Below are positions 9,530 to 18,701 of a DNA stretch of 40,129 nt, in pieces. The position numbers and the translations under genes are program-made. The notes below the pieces were generated by a model that was not told the DNA's origin, did no database searches, and saw only the letters and a program-made list of their open reading frames with translations. How positions within the stretch are numbered: position 1 is the stretch's first letter; every line of letters begins with the position of its first letter. The stretch comes from Chthoniobacterales bacterium (lineage in GTDB: Bacteria > Verrucomicrobiota > Verrucomicrobiia > Chthoniobacterales > UBA10450), in NCBI GenBank assembly GCA_038253875.1, contig JBBSGS010000001.1:1-40129 (forward strand), read 5' to 3'.

Positions 9530-10643
9530 ATGAAAATGAATCGCCGCGATTTCGTCCGCACCACTGTCGGAGCCGGTCTAGCCGCGGCTGCGCCGCGTGC
9601 TCTCTCAGTGCAGAGTCCCAACATGATGACTTCCAATTCGATCAAGCCAGTCGTGATCTCGTCGGCGAACGGCAACAAATTCAAAAACGGCGGCGAGATG
9701 ACCTGCGTGGAGAAGGCCTGGAAGCAGATGACCCAAGGCGGCGATGTCCTCGATGCGCTCATCGCGGGGGTGAATATCGTCGAGCTCGATCCGCTCGATG
9801 ACAGCGTCGGCTACGGGGGCCTGCCGAATGCCGATGGGGTGGTGCAGCTCGACTCGTGTTGCATGCACGGGCCGAAGCAACGCGCCGGCGGGGTCGCCTG
9901 CATCGAAGGCGTGCGCACTCCCGCGAATGTGGCGCAGAAGGTGATGGAGATGACCGATCATCACCTGATTGTGGGAGCGGGCGCGCAGGCTTTCGCGCGC
10001 TCCATGGGATTCAAGATCGAGGACGATTTGAATACGGAAAATTCGCGCAGGCTCTGGCTCGATTGGAAACGCCGGATCGATCCCGAGCATTATCTCGATC
10101 CGCAAAAACGCGCGGAAGCAGGCCATCGCGCGATGATGGCAATGGTGGCGGAAGGGCTGATCGACCGTCAGCACATTCACGGCACGATCAATTGCAACGG
10201 AATCAACGCACAGGGCGAGATCTGTGGGGTGACGACGACGAGCGGACTGGCCTGGAAAATTCCCGGGCGGGTGGGCGATTCGCCGATCCTCGGTGCCGGG
10301 CTCTACGTCGATGGAGAGATCGGCGCGGCGGGATCGACCGGCCGGGGCGAAGCCAACCTTTATGCCTCAGCTCATTCCTCATCGTCGAGAGCCTGCGGCG
10401 GGGGATGGCGCCGAAGGACGCCGGGATCGAGGCCTGCAAACGGATCAAGGCGCACACGGTGGAGAAACGTCTTTTGAATAGCCGGGGCGATCCGAATTTT
10501 AATGTGAACTTCTACATCCTGAACGCGAAAGGCGAATACGCCGGCGTCGCCCTCTATCCGGAAAGCAAGTTGCCGTTTGCACGGAGAGCGGGCCGCAAAC
10601 GCTTGCTTCCGAGCGGTTGCTCTCAGGTAAACCGACAGACTGA
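9530..10643 (+). pseudogene. Ntn-hydrolase isoaspartyl peptidase / glycosylasparaginase-type L-asparaginase with Tat-like signal; frame broken by two single-base deletions
   Basis: The N-terminus is MKMNRRDFVRTTVGAGLAAAAP. The conserved blocks are HGTIN...TTTSGLAWKIPGRVGDSPILGAGLYVD...GAAGSTGRGEANLY. The sequence continues in a second frame as LSSFLIVESLRRGMAPKDAGIEACKRIKAHTVEKRLL...NFYILNAKGEYAGVALYPES (shift at about 10364-10366). It continues in a third frame as KVAVCTESGPQTLASERLLSGKPTD-stop (shift at about 10567-10569, TGA at 10641-10643). Confidence 0.75.
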
Positions 10644-10690
10644 CGCGGGTGCAACTTTGAAGTGCTCTCTGGCGTTGCGGAAATCACCGG

Positions 10691-10780
10691 CTCACGCCGT
10701 TGTAGCCGGGGGCGGTGACCCCGGCAGGGGCGTGAGTGGTCAACCTGGGTCCGGCCGGGGTCAACGCCCCCGGCTACAAC
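10691..10780. repeat. long hairpin element downstream of the asparaginase gene
   Basis: 27-bp arms GTTGTAGCCGGGGGCGGTGACCCCGGC (10699-10725) and GCCGGGGTCAACGCCCCCGGCTACAAC (10754-10780) pair with 1 mismatch. An alternative pairing is CTCACGCC (10691-10698) with GGCGTGAG (10729-10736). Confidence 0.65.
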
Positions 10781-10811
10781 CGCCGCTCGATCGGTTCCTC
10801 CTCGCCGACAG

Positions 10812-11675
10812 ATGCGCCTAAGGATTCTCTGGCGGGCGACACGCTCCTATTCGCTCCCGGCGAGCGTGGTGCCGGTGTTGCTCGGCACCGTGTTGGCGGC
10901 GCGCGGCTTCGGCAACGGCGGGCGCGGGCATTTCGAGCTCGGGAGTTTCTTCTGCGTGCTCCTCGGCGCGATGCTCGCGCACGTCGGGGCCAACATCTTG
11001 AACGATTATTTCGACTTCGCGCACGGGGTGGACACGCGGCCGGAACATGGCAGCGGCGTCCTCACCCGGGGCGAACTCAGTGCGCGACAGGCGCTGGGAT
11101 TGGCGCTCGGTTTTCTGGCGGCGGCATTCGTCTGGGGCGCGCAGCCGGCTTTCGTGGGGTGGTGGGTCCTGATCGGCCTCGGTTGTGCAGTTCTGTATTC
11201 TGCGTTGCTGAAAAGGTTTGGGTTGGGCGATCTGCTCATCGTTCTTTCCTTTGGGGTCGGACTTACGGTCGGCGCCTACGGCGTGCAAATCCGCCCCCTT
11301 ACTCCGCACGGGTGTCTCCTCGCCGCGCTCTATTCCGTTCCGATCTGCCTGCTCGTCGACGCCATTCTGCACGCCAATAACCTGCGCGACGCGCCTAACG
11401 ATCGCTCCGCGCGAGTGCGCACGATCGCGACCGTGCTGTCGCCCGCGGGCGGAGAACGTTTTCAGCTTTTTTTGCTCTTCGGTCCGCTCGCCTTTGTCCT
11501 CGCGGCGGTGGGCAGCGGCTGGTTGCCGCTCTGGAGTTTGGCTACCCTGGCGGCGACGCCGCTGCTCTGGCGCGCCGCCCGGACCGGAAGCGTCGAGGGA
11601 ACAGCGCAGACCCATTTGGTTTTCGGGTTGCTCTATATCGGCTCGCTCCTCCTCCGGCCGGTTTTTATTGGCTAG
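10812..11675 (+). CDS. UbiA-family aromatic prenyltransferase (MenA-like)
   Basis: 287-aa polytopic ORF. It has the NDYFDFAHGVD motif (an NDxxD-type Asp-rich motif) and a second DAxxxANNLRD motif. Confidence 0.8.
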   Translation: MRLRILWRATRSYSLPASVVPVLLGTVLAARGFGNGGRGHFELGSFFCVLLGAMLAHVGANILNDYFDFAHGVDTRPEHGSGVLTRGELSARQALGLALGFLAAAFVWGAQPAFVGWWVLIGLGCAVLYSALLKRFGLGDLLIVLSFGVGLTVGAYGVQIRPLTPHGCLLAALYSVPICLLVDAILHANNLRDAPNDRSARVRTIATVLSPAGGERFQLFLLFGPLAFVLAAVGSGWLPLWSLATLAATPLLWRAARTGSVEGTAQTHLVFGLLYIGSLLLRPVFIG

Positions 11676-11693
11676 CGCGGGTCGAGTCTCCGA

Positions 11694-11849
11694 GCGCCAG
11701 AGGCGCGACATGTCTATAGATCGCATCAAGGATATCGACCAAAGCTCCGTAGGAGCGGCATGTGCCTTTCCGCGATTACATGCCGCTCCTCTGGAGCTTG
11801 GGCCAATTCATTTATCGATTGGCCTATAGACATGTCGCGCCTCTGGCGC
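11694..11849. repeat. 156-bp nested-hairpin (MITE/REP-like) intergenic element
   Basis: The terminal inverted repeats are perfect over 26 bp: GCGCCAGAGGCGCGACATGTCTATAG (11694-11719) and CTATAGACATGTCGCGCCTCTGGCGC (11824-11849). Inside is a 23-bp imperfect inverted pair, 11741-11763 and 11778-11800. Confidence 0.75.
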
Positions 11850-11899
11850 TTTGGGAGGGCGCAGTAGGGCCAGTCTTGGGGCTGGCCTAACGAAATGAG

Positions 11900-13633
11900 C
11901 TAAACCGCCGCGGGCGTTTCCTGCTGGTGGTAGGTGACAAGGCGAAAGCCCCATTCGATCAAGGTCGCGATCTCCGGGTCGGCCGCTTTTCGCGCCTGGA
12001 GGAATTGCGCGACTTTTTCCTGAAGCGTCTTTTGTCCTTCGACTTCGTCGAGCATCTCGAAGATCTCCATCGAGAGGAGCCAATCATTCGGGTGCTCCGC
12101 CTGCTGCGTTTCCCAAATCTCGCCGAGACGTTCGGAGCCGGTTTTGCCCAGCCGGATCTCTCGCACCTGGCGATACAAGCTCTCCAATTTCCGACGTTGC
12201 GCGTTGGAAGGGTTCTTGATCGTGCGCGTCTTCGGGATGAGCGCGACCTGGTTGAAGGCGTCCTTGTCCGCGGCGCCATTAAAGACCGAAACGATTTTCT
12301 CCCCAACCGCCATATCGTAGACGCCCCAGGCCGGCTCGAAGAGCACGCGCTCGCCAAACTTTACCGTGCAAGCGGAGAAGGTAATGACGAGCAAGCGGCC
12401 TTCCCGGCGCAAGAGCCGCTCGACTTTGCCCGCGACCACGACGCCGTTCTCGAATTCCAGCGTCGCCATTTCGCGCTCGCGAATCTCGGTTTCCTTCCAC
12501 CGTCCGATGGGCGAGCCGAAGCCCTCGGCGTGATGATCGCGTCCGTGGCCGGGTAACTCTTTATCCTGGAAGGCGAGGGCACTCGGGCCAGTCGTGCGCA
12601 GGTAGGCCGGCTCGTCGTTAGGCCCGGTGATCACTTCGCTGACCGTCCCGGAAACCTGGAGGCCGGATTCGTATTCGCAGGTGGCGGTGTTGTTGCTGGC
12701 AATCGCTTTGCGGAGGCCTGCGAGTCCGCCCACCCGGAAAGCCATTCGGCTGGCAAACTGCTCGAGGACTCGCGCGAGCTGCGGGAAATCCTCGGTCACG
12801 AAGAGCTGCGGTTGTTTCGTGGTGATGTCGAAAGCAGTCTCGGTCGCGCCTAACGAATAGGGCACCTTCCGCACTTGTTCTCCGAGGCAGGAAACCGATT
12901 CCCCGATCGAAGAGAGCAGACCGGCTCCGTAGATTTTCGGGTTCTCGAGCGGGCCGATGAGACCGTACTCGACCGTCCACCAATGGAGGCGCGAGAGCAG
13001 CGCCATCTCCGAGGGGTCGCCCAGGTCGCACTGCCGTTCCTCGACCAGTTTGGTCGCGGCCGTGAGTTCGTTCGGATCGGGCTGCGGTTGCTCCTTCAAA
13101 ATCGAGAGATGGCGGATCGCCTCGTAGAGCTCGAAGTCTTTTTTGGAAGACATCGCTTTGGCGCCAACTTCGCCGAAGCGCTGCAAATAATCAGCGTACT
13201 CCTGGTCGACGATGATGGGGGCGTGCCCGGCCGCCTCGTGCACGATGTCGGGCGCGGGGGTGTATTCGATGTGATTGATCTGGCGCATGTCGCAGGCGAT
13301 CACGAGCACGCGATAGGCTTGGAATTCCATGAACGCAGCGGGCGGGATGAAGCCATCCACGGCCACGCAACCCCAACCAATACGCCCAAGAATTTCGTTC
13401 ATCTCCTCGATTCGCGGGATGCGGTCGAAGCTGATGCCGGTGTCGAGCAAGCCCCGGAAATAAAGCTTGTGGGCGTATTCTTTCAGGAAGAAGACGTTCT
13501 GCCGCATGATGAAACGCCAGACCGCGTGATCGACCGGAGTGTAATCGTCGTAACGCTGATCGACCGCGAACTGGAGCAGATGCTTCGGCAGTGCGGCGAC
13601 CGCGGTGTTGCTGGATTTGGTTGGTGCTTTCAT
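11900..13633 (-). CDS. aromatic amino acid hydroxylase (phenylalanine-4-hydroxylase-like catalytic domain) with a roughly 300-aa C-terminal extension
   Basis: The N-terminal half carries the iron-ligand motif PDIVHEAAGHAPII and downstream WWTVEYGL. The C-terminal half has no family I can name. Confidence 0.75.
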   Translation of the reverse strand: MKAPTKSSNTAVAALPKHLLQFAVDQRYDDYTPVDHAVWRFIMRQNVFFLKEYAHKLYFRGLLDTGISFDRIPRIEEMNEILGRIGWGCVAVDGFIPPAAFMEFQAYRVLVIACDMRQINHIEYTPAPDIVHEAAGHAPIIVDQEYADYLQRFGEVGAKAMSSKKDFELYEAIRHLSILKEQPQPDPNELTAATKLVEERQCDLGDPSEMALLSRLHWWTVEYGLIGPLENPKIYGAGLLSSIGESVSCLGEQVRKVPYSLGATETAFDITTKQPQLFVTEDFPQLARVLEQFASRMAFRVGGLAGLRKAIASNNTATCEYESGLQVSGTVSEVITGPNDEPAYLRTTGPSALAFQDKELPGHGRDHHAEGFGSPIGRWKETEIREREMATLEFENGVVVAGKVERLLRREGRLLVITFSACTVKFGERVLFEPAWGVYDMAVGEKIVSVFNGAADKDAFNQVALIPKTRTIKNPSNAQRRKLESLYRQVREIRLGKTGSERLGEIWETQQAEHPNDWLLSMEIFEMLDEVEGQKTLQEKVAQFLQARKAADPEIATLIEWGFRLVTYHQQETPAAV

Positions 13634-13831
13634 CGGCTAACTCCTCGGCTTCCAAGCTAAGACTGATCGCGCCCCGGGCAAGATCGAGATGGCGGAACAT
13701 TCCTGCCTAACGAAGTTGGAAACCGGCAATACTGACCCTGTCCAGTCTGATATCCGTCCGCAGCGGCCGCGAGAGCGTCGTCTTCAAAACTTGCAAGCTA
13801 TGCTAGGCTGAGGCCGATCCAGTTTTCCTCG

Positions 13832-14842
13832 ATGCAAATCACACCTTCATCCGGCTCCTCGGCATCGCCTTTCCCGCCCGGTTTTCATTTTCGTCCCTTC
13901 CGGTTTGTGCTCGGAATCATCGGTCTCATTGGAATCATTATCACGCTTTTTTCGCTTCTTTTTGGCTTCGTCTCCATCCCGACAAACTCGGTCGGAGTGA
14001 AACTGCGCTTCGGCGCTTTCCAGAGCACGGAAGGGCCCGGACTCGCCTACGCCATTCCTTATTTGGATGAGATCCTGATCGTGCCGACCCAGCGTTTGTT
14101 GAAACTCGAATTCGGATTTACGACGCCGCAGGCTACGAATGGATTCCAAGGCGACAGTCAGCCTGAGGATACCGAGACGATGATCACGGGCGACCTCAAC
14201 ACCGCGCTTGTCCCGTGGGTGGTGCAGTATCGGATCACGGATCCGAAGCAATATCTTTTCGGCGCGCGCGAGCCGGAGCAGACTCTGCGAGATCTCTCGG
14301 AAAGTGTGATGCGCGAGGTGATCGGCGATCGCACGGTGGATGAAGTGCTGACGATCGGGCGCCAGGAAATCGAAACGGCGACGCTCGAGCGACTGGCGAA
14401 ATTGTCCTCGGAGTACGGCCTCGGCTTGCAGATCCAACAGGTGCAGCTCTCGACCGTGCGCCCGCCGCCGGCGGTGCAGGCGGCTTTCAATGAAGTGAAC
14501 CAGGCGCAGCAGGAAAAGCAGACTGCGATCAATCAAGCGTGGGCTATTTACAACGACGCGGTGCCAAACGCGCGCGGCCAGGCGAAGGAGCGCCAGAAGC
14601 AAGCCGAGGCTTACGCCTTTCGGCGAGTCAATCAGGCGAAAGGTGATGCCGAGAAATTCACTCTTCTCCTCACCGAATATGCGAAGGCGCCGGAAATCAC
14701 GCAGCGCCGCCTTTATTTCGAGTCGATGCAATCAATCCTGCCGGCACTGGAGCGGAAGGTGATCGTGGACGAGAGCGTGAGAGGAATTTTGCAGACGTTG
14801 CCGCTGCTGCCGACAACGCCCGCGCCTACCTCGCAGCCCTAA
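13832..14842 (+). CDS. hflK: SPFH/band-7 protein, FtsH protease modulator HflK
   Basis: It has an N-terminal TM segment and an SPFH core (VGVKLRFGAF...GPGLAYAIPYLDEILIVPTQ). The coiled region is rich in Q/A. It is followed 2 nt later by hflC. Confidence 0.85.
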   Translation: MQITPSSGSSASPFPPGFHFRPFRFVLGIIGLIGIIITLFSLLFGFVSIPTNSVGVKLRFGAFQSTEGPGLAYAIPYLDEILIVPTQRLLKLEFGFTTPQATNGFQGDSQPEDTETMITGDLNTALVPWVVQYRITDPKQYLFGAREPEQTLRDLSESVMREVIGDRTVDEVLTIGRQEIETATLERLAKLSSEYGLGLQIQQVQLSTVRPPPAVQAAFNEVNQAQQEKQTAINQAWAIYNDAVPNARGQAKERQKQAEAYAFRRVNQAKGDAEKFTLLLTEYAKAPEITQRRLYFESMQSILPALERKVIVDESVRGILQTLPLLPTTPAPTSQP

Positions 14843-14844
14843 CG

Positions 14845-15879
14845 ATGGCCACCATTTATCGTCCGCATTTTTCCACCCGCTTCGTGGGCTTCGTGCAGAA
14901 TCGCACCCTAGCAATCTTCGGGCTCATCTTTCTGCTTACGGCTTTGAAATGGGGGGCGCTCTTATTCACCGTGCGCCAGTACGAGACCGCAATCGTCACT
15001 CGCTTCGGGAAAGCCATTCGCGTGGAAAAAACCGCCGGCCTGAAATTCAAATTGCCGTTCGTCGACGCGGTCCATCGTTTCGACAATCGCATTCTCGCCT
15101 GGGATGGCCCGCCCACCGAGACCCCGACCAAGGACAAGCTTTATCTCATCGTCGATTGTTTTGCGCGCTGGCGAATCAGCGACCCGCTTCTGTACTACAA
15201 CCGTCTCAACGACGAACGGAGCGCGCTCTCCCGCCTCGACGACATCCTGGGAAGCGAAACGCGCACGGCCGTGGCATCGCACGACCTGGTCGAAATCGTT
15301 AGGGTGACGAAGGGCCGCAAGCCGGTGCGCGACGCAGAACTGGAGAAAAGCGGCACCATCCTGCCGAGCAATCTGCCCGAGATCGAGCTGGGTCGCAGCG
15401 CGATCGAGCAACAGATCACACAACGGGCGCGACAGAAAATCGAGGGGTTCGGGATCGAGTTGCTCGACGAGCGTTTCAAGCGCAGCAAATACAATCCCGC
15501 CGTCGCCGAAAAAATCATCGAACGCATGTCGAGCGAACGGCACCAGATCGCGTCGAAATTCCGCTCCGAAGGACGCGGCGAAGCGGCCAATATCAGCGGC
15601 CAAAAAGAAAGCGACGTCGCCTCCATCCAATCGGCCGCGACGCGCGATGCGCTGAAGACGGAAGGCGAAGCCGATGCGGAAGCCGCGCGGATTTACACCG
15701 CCGCCTACGGCTCACCCGAAGCGCAGGAACTTTACTCCTTCAATCGCCGCCTCGAAGTCGCAGGGGCTGCCTTCGCCCGCGATACGACGGCGGTTCTCTC
15801 GACCGATAGCGAAATCGGTTTTCTCCTCAAGGGTATGGGCCCGATCCGGCCAGCTGCATCGCCGCCTCCGGCGCGCTGA
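14845..15879 (+). CDS. hflC: SPFH/band-7 protein, FtsH protease modulator HflC
   Basis: It has a TM segment plus an SPFH core (YETAIVTRFGKAIRVEKTAGLKFKLPFVDAVHRFDNRIL) and is tightly linked to hflK. Confidence 0.85.
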   Translation: MATIYRPHFSTRFVGFVQNRTLAIFGLIFLLTALKWGALLFTVRQYETAIVTRFGKAIRVEKTAGLKFKLPFVDAVHRFDNRILAWDGPPTETPTKDKLYLIVDCFARWRISDPLLYYNRLNDERSALSRLDDILGSETRTAVASHDLVEIVRVTKGRKPVRDAELEKSGTILPSNLPEIELGRSAIEQQITQRARQKIEGFGIELLDERFKRSKYNPAVAEKIIERMSSERHQIASKFRSEGRGEAANISGQKESDVASIQSAATRDALKTEGEADAEAARIYTAAYGSPEAQELYSFNRRLEVAGAAFARDTTAVLSTDSEIGFLLKGMGPIRPAASPPPAR

Positions 15880-15953
15880 CGCGGCGGAGGGACGTGCTTC
15901 CGCACGTTCAGGATCTAAGATCTAAAACCGCCCATTGAATCTCACGCGAATGC

Positions 15954-16982
15954 TTGAAGTCGAGAAACTGGATAGGCGGAAGCATGTCCCTCCCGGCCGC
16001 ACCATTTGATATTGTTCCGGTTTTCGCCCAACTTCCGATCGCCCCTTCTATGACCCCTGACCCCATCAAAGTCGAACGCGTCTCGACCGACTCGAAACTC
16101 TTTGCGCACACCCGCTGGGACGCGATCCCGACGCTGGCCGCTCTTTTCCATCTCGCTTTTTTCTTCGCGCTCTTCTCCCTCTACCCGCATACTCCGCTCT
16201 GGCTGATGCTTCTTCTCGGACTCACCTATTCTTTAATGGTGAACGCGAACATCAACGGCGTGGCGCATAATTTTATCCACAATCCGTTCTTCCGTTCGCC
16301 GCTGCTCAATCGTCTCTTTGGCATCGTCGAATCGGTCGCGTGCTGTTTTTCACAGACGTATTACGACGTCGTGCACCTGCAGCATCACAAAGGGAACAGC
16401 GACAGGAAGGACGAGAACGGCGAGACGATCGACTGGCTTTCCATCTACCGCCACGGGCACGATGACGAACCAGAGAATCCGTGGAGTTACGTCTTTCTCA
16501 GTTTTTTCCGGGACAATCCGGCAGCGATCAACCGCGAACTGAAAAAGCGAGGGAGCGCTGAAGTGCGCTGGGGAAACATGGAACTGGCCGCGTTCGCGAC
16601 CACGCTCTTCGTCATGTTCTGTTTCAACTGGCGCTACATCATTTTCTTTTTCCTACCGTTCTTTTACCTTGGTCATTGCTTCAGTTATTTAAACGGCTAT
16701 TTCCGGCACTACGGGGCGAATCCCGACAAGCCGATCGCCTGGGGCGTGAGCAGCTATGGTAAAATTTACAACTGGATTTTCTTCTACAACGGCTACCACG
16801 CCGAACACCATTTCCGGCCGAAAGTGCACTGGACGAAGATGGAATCCTTTCACCAACAGATCGCCGAGTTGCAGCGCCAGGAAGGCGTGCGCGTGATCGA
16901 ACATGCGCACATGCTGGGCTTCCTCGATCCGAATATCCCGCCGCGGAAACAGAGCGGCGAGCCCGCGACGGCCGTCTCATAG
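15954..16982 (+). CDS. membrane fatty acid desaturase family protein
   Basis: Three His boxes are present: HNFIHN, HLQHHKGN and HAEHHFRP. The exact start is uncertain because several in-frame Met codons lie near the N-terminus. Confidence 0.8.
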   Translation: MKSRNWIGGSMSLPAAPFDIVPVFAQLPIAPSMTPDPIKVERVSTDSKLFAHTRWDAIPTLAALFHLAFFFALFSLYPHTPLWLMLLLGLTYSLMVNANINGVAHNFIHNPFFRSPLLNRLFGIVESVACCFSQTYYDVVHLQHHKGNSDRKDENGETIDWLSIYRHGHDDEPENPWSYVFLSFFRDNPAAINRELKKRGSAEVRWGNMELAAFATTLFVMFCFNWRYIIFFFLPFFYLGHCFSYLNGYFRHYGANPDKPIAWGVSSYGKIYNWIFFYNGYHAEHHFRPKVHWTKMESFHQQIAELQRQEGVRVIEHAHMLGFLDPNIPPRKQSGEPATAVS

Positions 16983-17015
16983 CCCAATTCGTTAGGCTAT
17001 CGAGAGCGCGGACCG

Positions 17016-17040
17016 CGCTTCGCAGAGCGAAGCGTCTACA
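17016..17040 (+). repeat. 25-nt hairpin repeat CGCTTCGC-AGA-GCGAAGCG-TCTACA (family copy 1)
   Basis: It has an 8-bp stem and a 3-nt loop. It sits inside a larger structured spacer (ATCGAGAGC at about 16999-17007 pairs with GCTCTCGAT at about 17078-17086), between the convergent desaturase and gpmI genes. Confidence 0.7.
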
Positions 17041-17085
17041 GGCTTCTGCAGACGCCCCTTGGACGACGCGGGGATTGGCTCTCGA

Positions 17086-18618
17086 TCAAATCTGGGTAAG
17101 CAGGTTATGGCCCGTCATCTCCGCGGGTTGCGGCAGGCCGAGAAGAAAGAGCAGGGTCGGCGCGATGTCGGCCAGAATTCCGCTCTCCAAGCGAAAGCGC
17201 GGGGCGTCGTCTGCCACGTAAATAAGGTGAACCCAATTGGTGGTATGCGCCGTATTTGGCGAGCCGTCGGCGTTCCGCATCTGCTCACAGTTTCCGTGGT
17301 CGGCCGTGAGAAGGAGCTTTCCGCCTAACGAGAGCACAGCAGGCACGAGCCGCGCCACGCAGGCATCGATCGTTTCGACCGCCGTCACTCCCGCCTCCAC
17401 CACACCGGTGTGACCCACCATGTCCGGATTCGCGTAGTTCAAAATGATCAGATCGTATTGCGCGAGCCGGCTGAGCACTTCATCAGTTACCTGCGCTGCG
17501 CTCATCGCGGGCTGCAAATCGTAGGTCGCGACTTTCGGCGACGGAATGATTTTGCGGTCTTCGCCGGGCGAGGGCTGCTCGACGCCGCCGTTAAAAAAAT
17601 AGGTGACGTGCGGATATTTTTCCGTCTCCGCAATACGCAGCTGTTTTTTGCCGGCTGCGCTCACGACTTCGCCGAGAATTTTCTCCAGGGTTTGCGGGCC
17701 AAAGATGACGGGACATTCGTAGGTCGCATCGTACTCCGTGAGCGTGACGAAATGCACCCGCGGCCAGACCCCCCGATCAAATCCATCGAAGTCCTGAAGA
17801 AGAAACGCCTGCGAAAGCTGACGCGCGCGATCGGCGCGGAAGTTAAAGAACAGAACCGTATCGCCATCGCGAATGCGTTGTTCGTTAGGCTGAGAAAAGA
17901 TCAGCGGCAGCATGAACTCGTCCGTCCTCCCGCTCATGTAAAAGCGGCTGACCGCGGCTGAAGGCGTCTCCGCGCAGACTTCGCCACGACCGAGCACGAT
18001 CGCATCCCAAGCCGCCTTCGCTCGATCCCACCGGCGGTCGCGATCCATCGCAAAATAGCGGCCGACGACCGTGATGATCCGCGCGCCGCTCGTCGCCAGC
18101 TGCTCGGTGCAAGTCGTCAGGTAAGCCGCTCCTCCGGTTGGTGAAGCATCGCGTCCGTCGGTGATGGCGTGGACGAGGATCTCTTCGACCCCGGTTTCTT
18201 TCGCCGACCGCGCGAGTGCGAGAAGGTGCTCATAGTGACTATGTACCCCGCCGTCTGAGACCAGGCCGATGAGATGCAGACGCCCCGTCCGCGCCTGCCG
18301 CAAAGTCGATTGCAGCACTTTATTTTGTTTAAGATCGCCGTCGGCGATGGCTTTGTTGATTCGGGTTAGATCCTGATAAACGATGCGCCCGGCGCCGAGG
18401 TTGAGGTGCCCGACCTCAGAATTGCCCATCTGCCCTTCCGGCAACCCGACGTCGCCCCCACTCGCGCTCAAAGTGGAGTTTGGGTAATCGCGGTAGAGCT
18501 GATCGTGAAACGGCGTCCGCGCGAGAAGCGTGGCGTCGCCATTTTTTTCGCGATCTCGAATGCCGCCGGGATTAATGCCCCAACCGTCTCGAATCACCAA
18601 CAGCACCGGCTTAGACAT
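17086..18618 (-). CDS. gpmI: 2,3-bisphosphoglycerate-independent phosphoglycerate mutase
   Basis: The product is MSKPVLLVIRDGWG...NSEVGHLNLGAGRIVYQDL...GLVSDGGVHSH...ITDGRD...ADHGN. I prefer the start at ATG 18618 over the ORF-track 18654. Confidence 0.9.
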   Translation of the reverse strand: MSKPVLLVIRDGWGINPGGIRDREKNGDATLLARTPFHDQLYRDYPNSTLSASGGDVGLPEGQMGNSEVGHLNLGAGRIVYQDLTRINKAIADGDLKQNKVLQSTLRQARTGRLHLIGLVSDGGVHSHYEHLLALARSAKETGVEEILVHAITDGRDASPTGGAAYLTTCTEQLATSGARIITVVGRYFAMDRDRRWDRAKAAWDAIVLGRGEVCAETPSAAVSRFYMSGRTDEFMLPLIFSQPNEQRIRDGDTVLFFNFRADRARQLSQAFLLQDFDGFDRGVWPRVHFVTLTEYDATYECPVIFGPQTLEKILGEVVSAAGKKQLRIAETEKYPHVTYFFNGGVEQPSPGEDRKIIPSPKVATYDLQPAMSAAQVTDEVLSRLAQYDLIILNYANPDMVGHTGVVEAGVTAVETIDACVARLVPAVLSLGGKLLLTADHGNCEQMRNADGSPNTAHTTNWVHLIYVADDAPRFRLESGILADIAPTLLFLLGLPQPAEMTGHNLLTQI

Positions 18619-18701
18619 AAGGCGCACTCTGCCGGGGAGGGCGCGAGGCCTCAAGCGGTTCTTTCGTTGACAACCCCAGCACCGCTCGCTCTATCGAGAG
18701 G

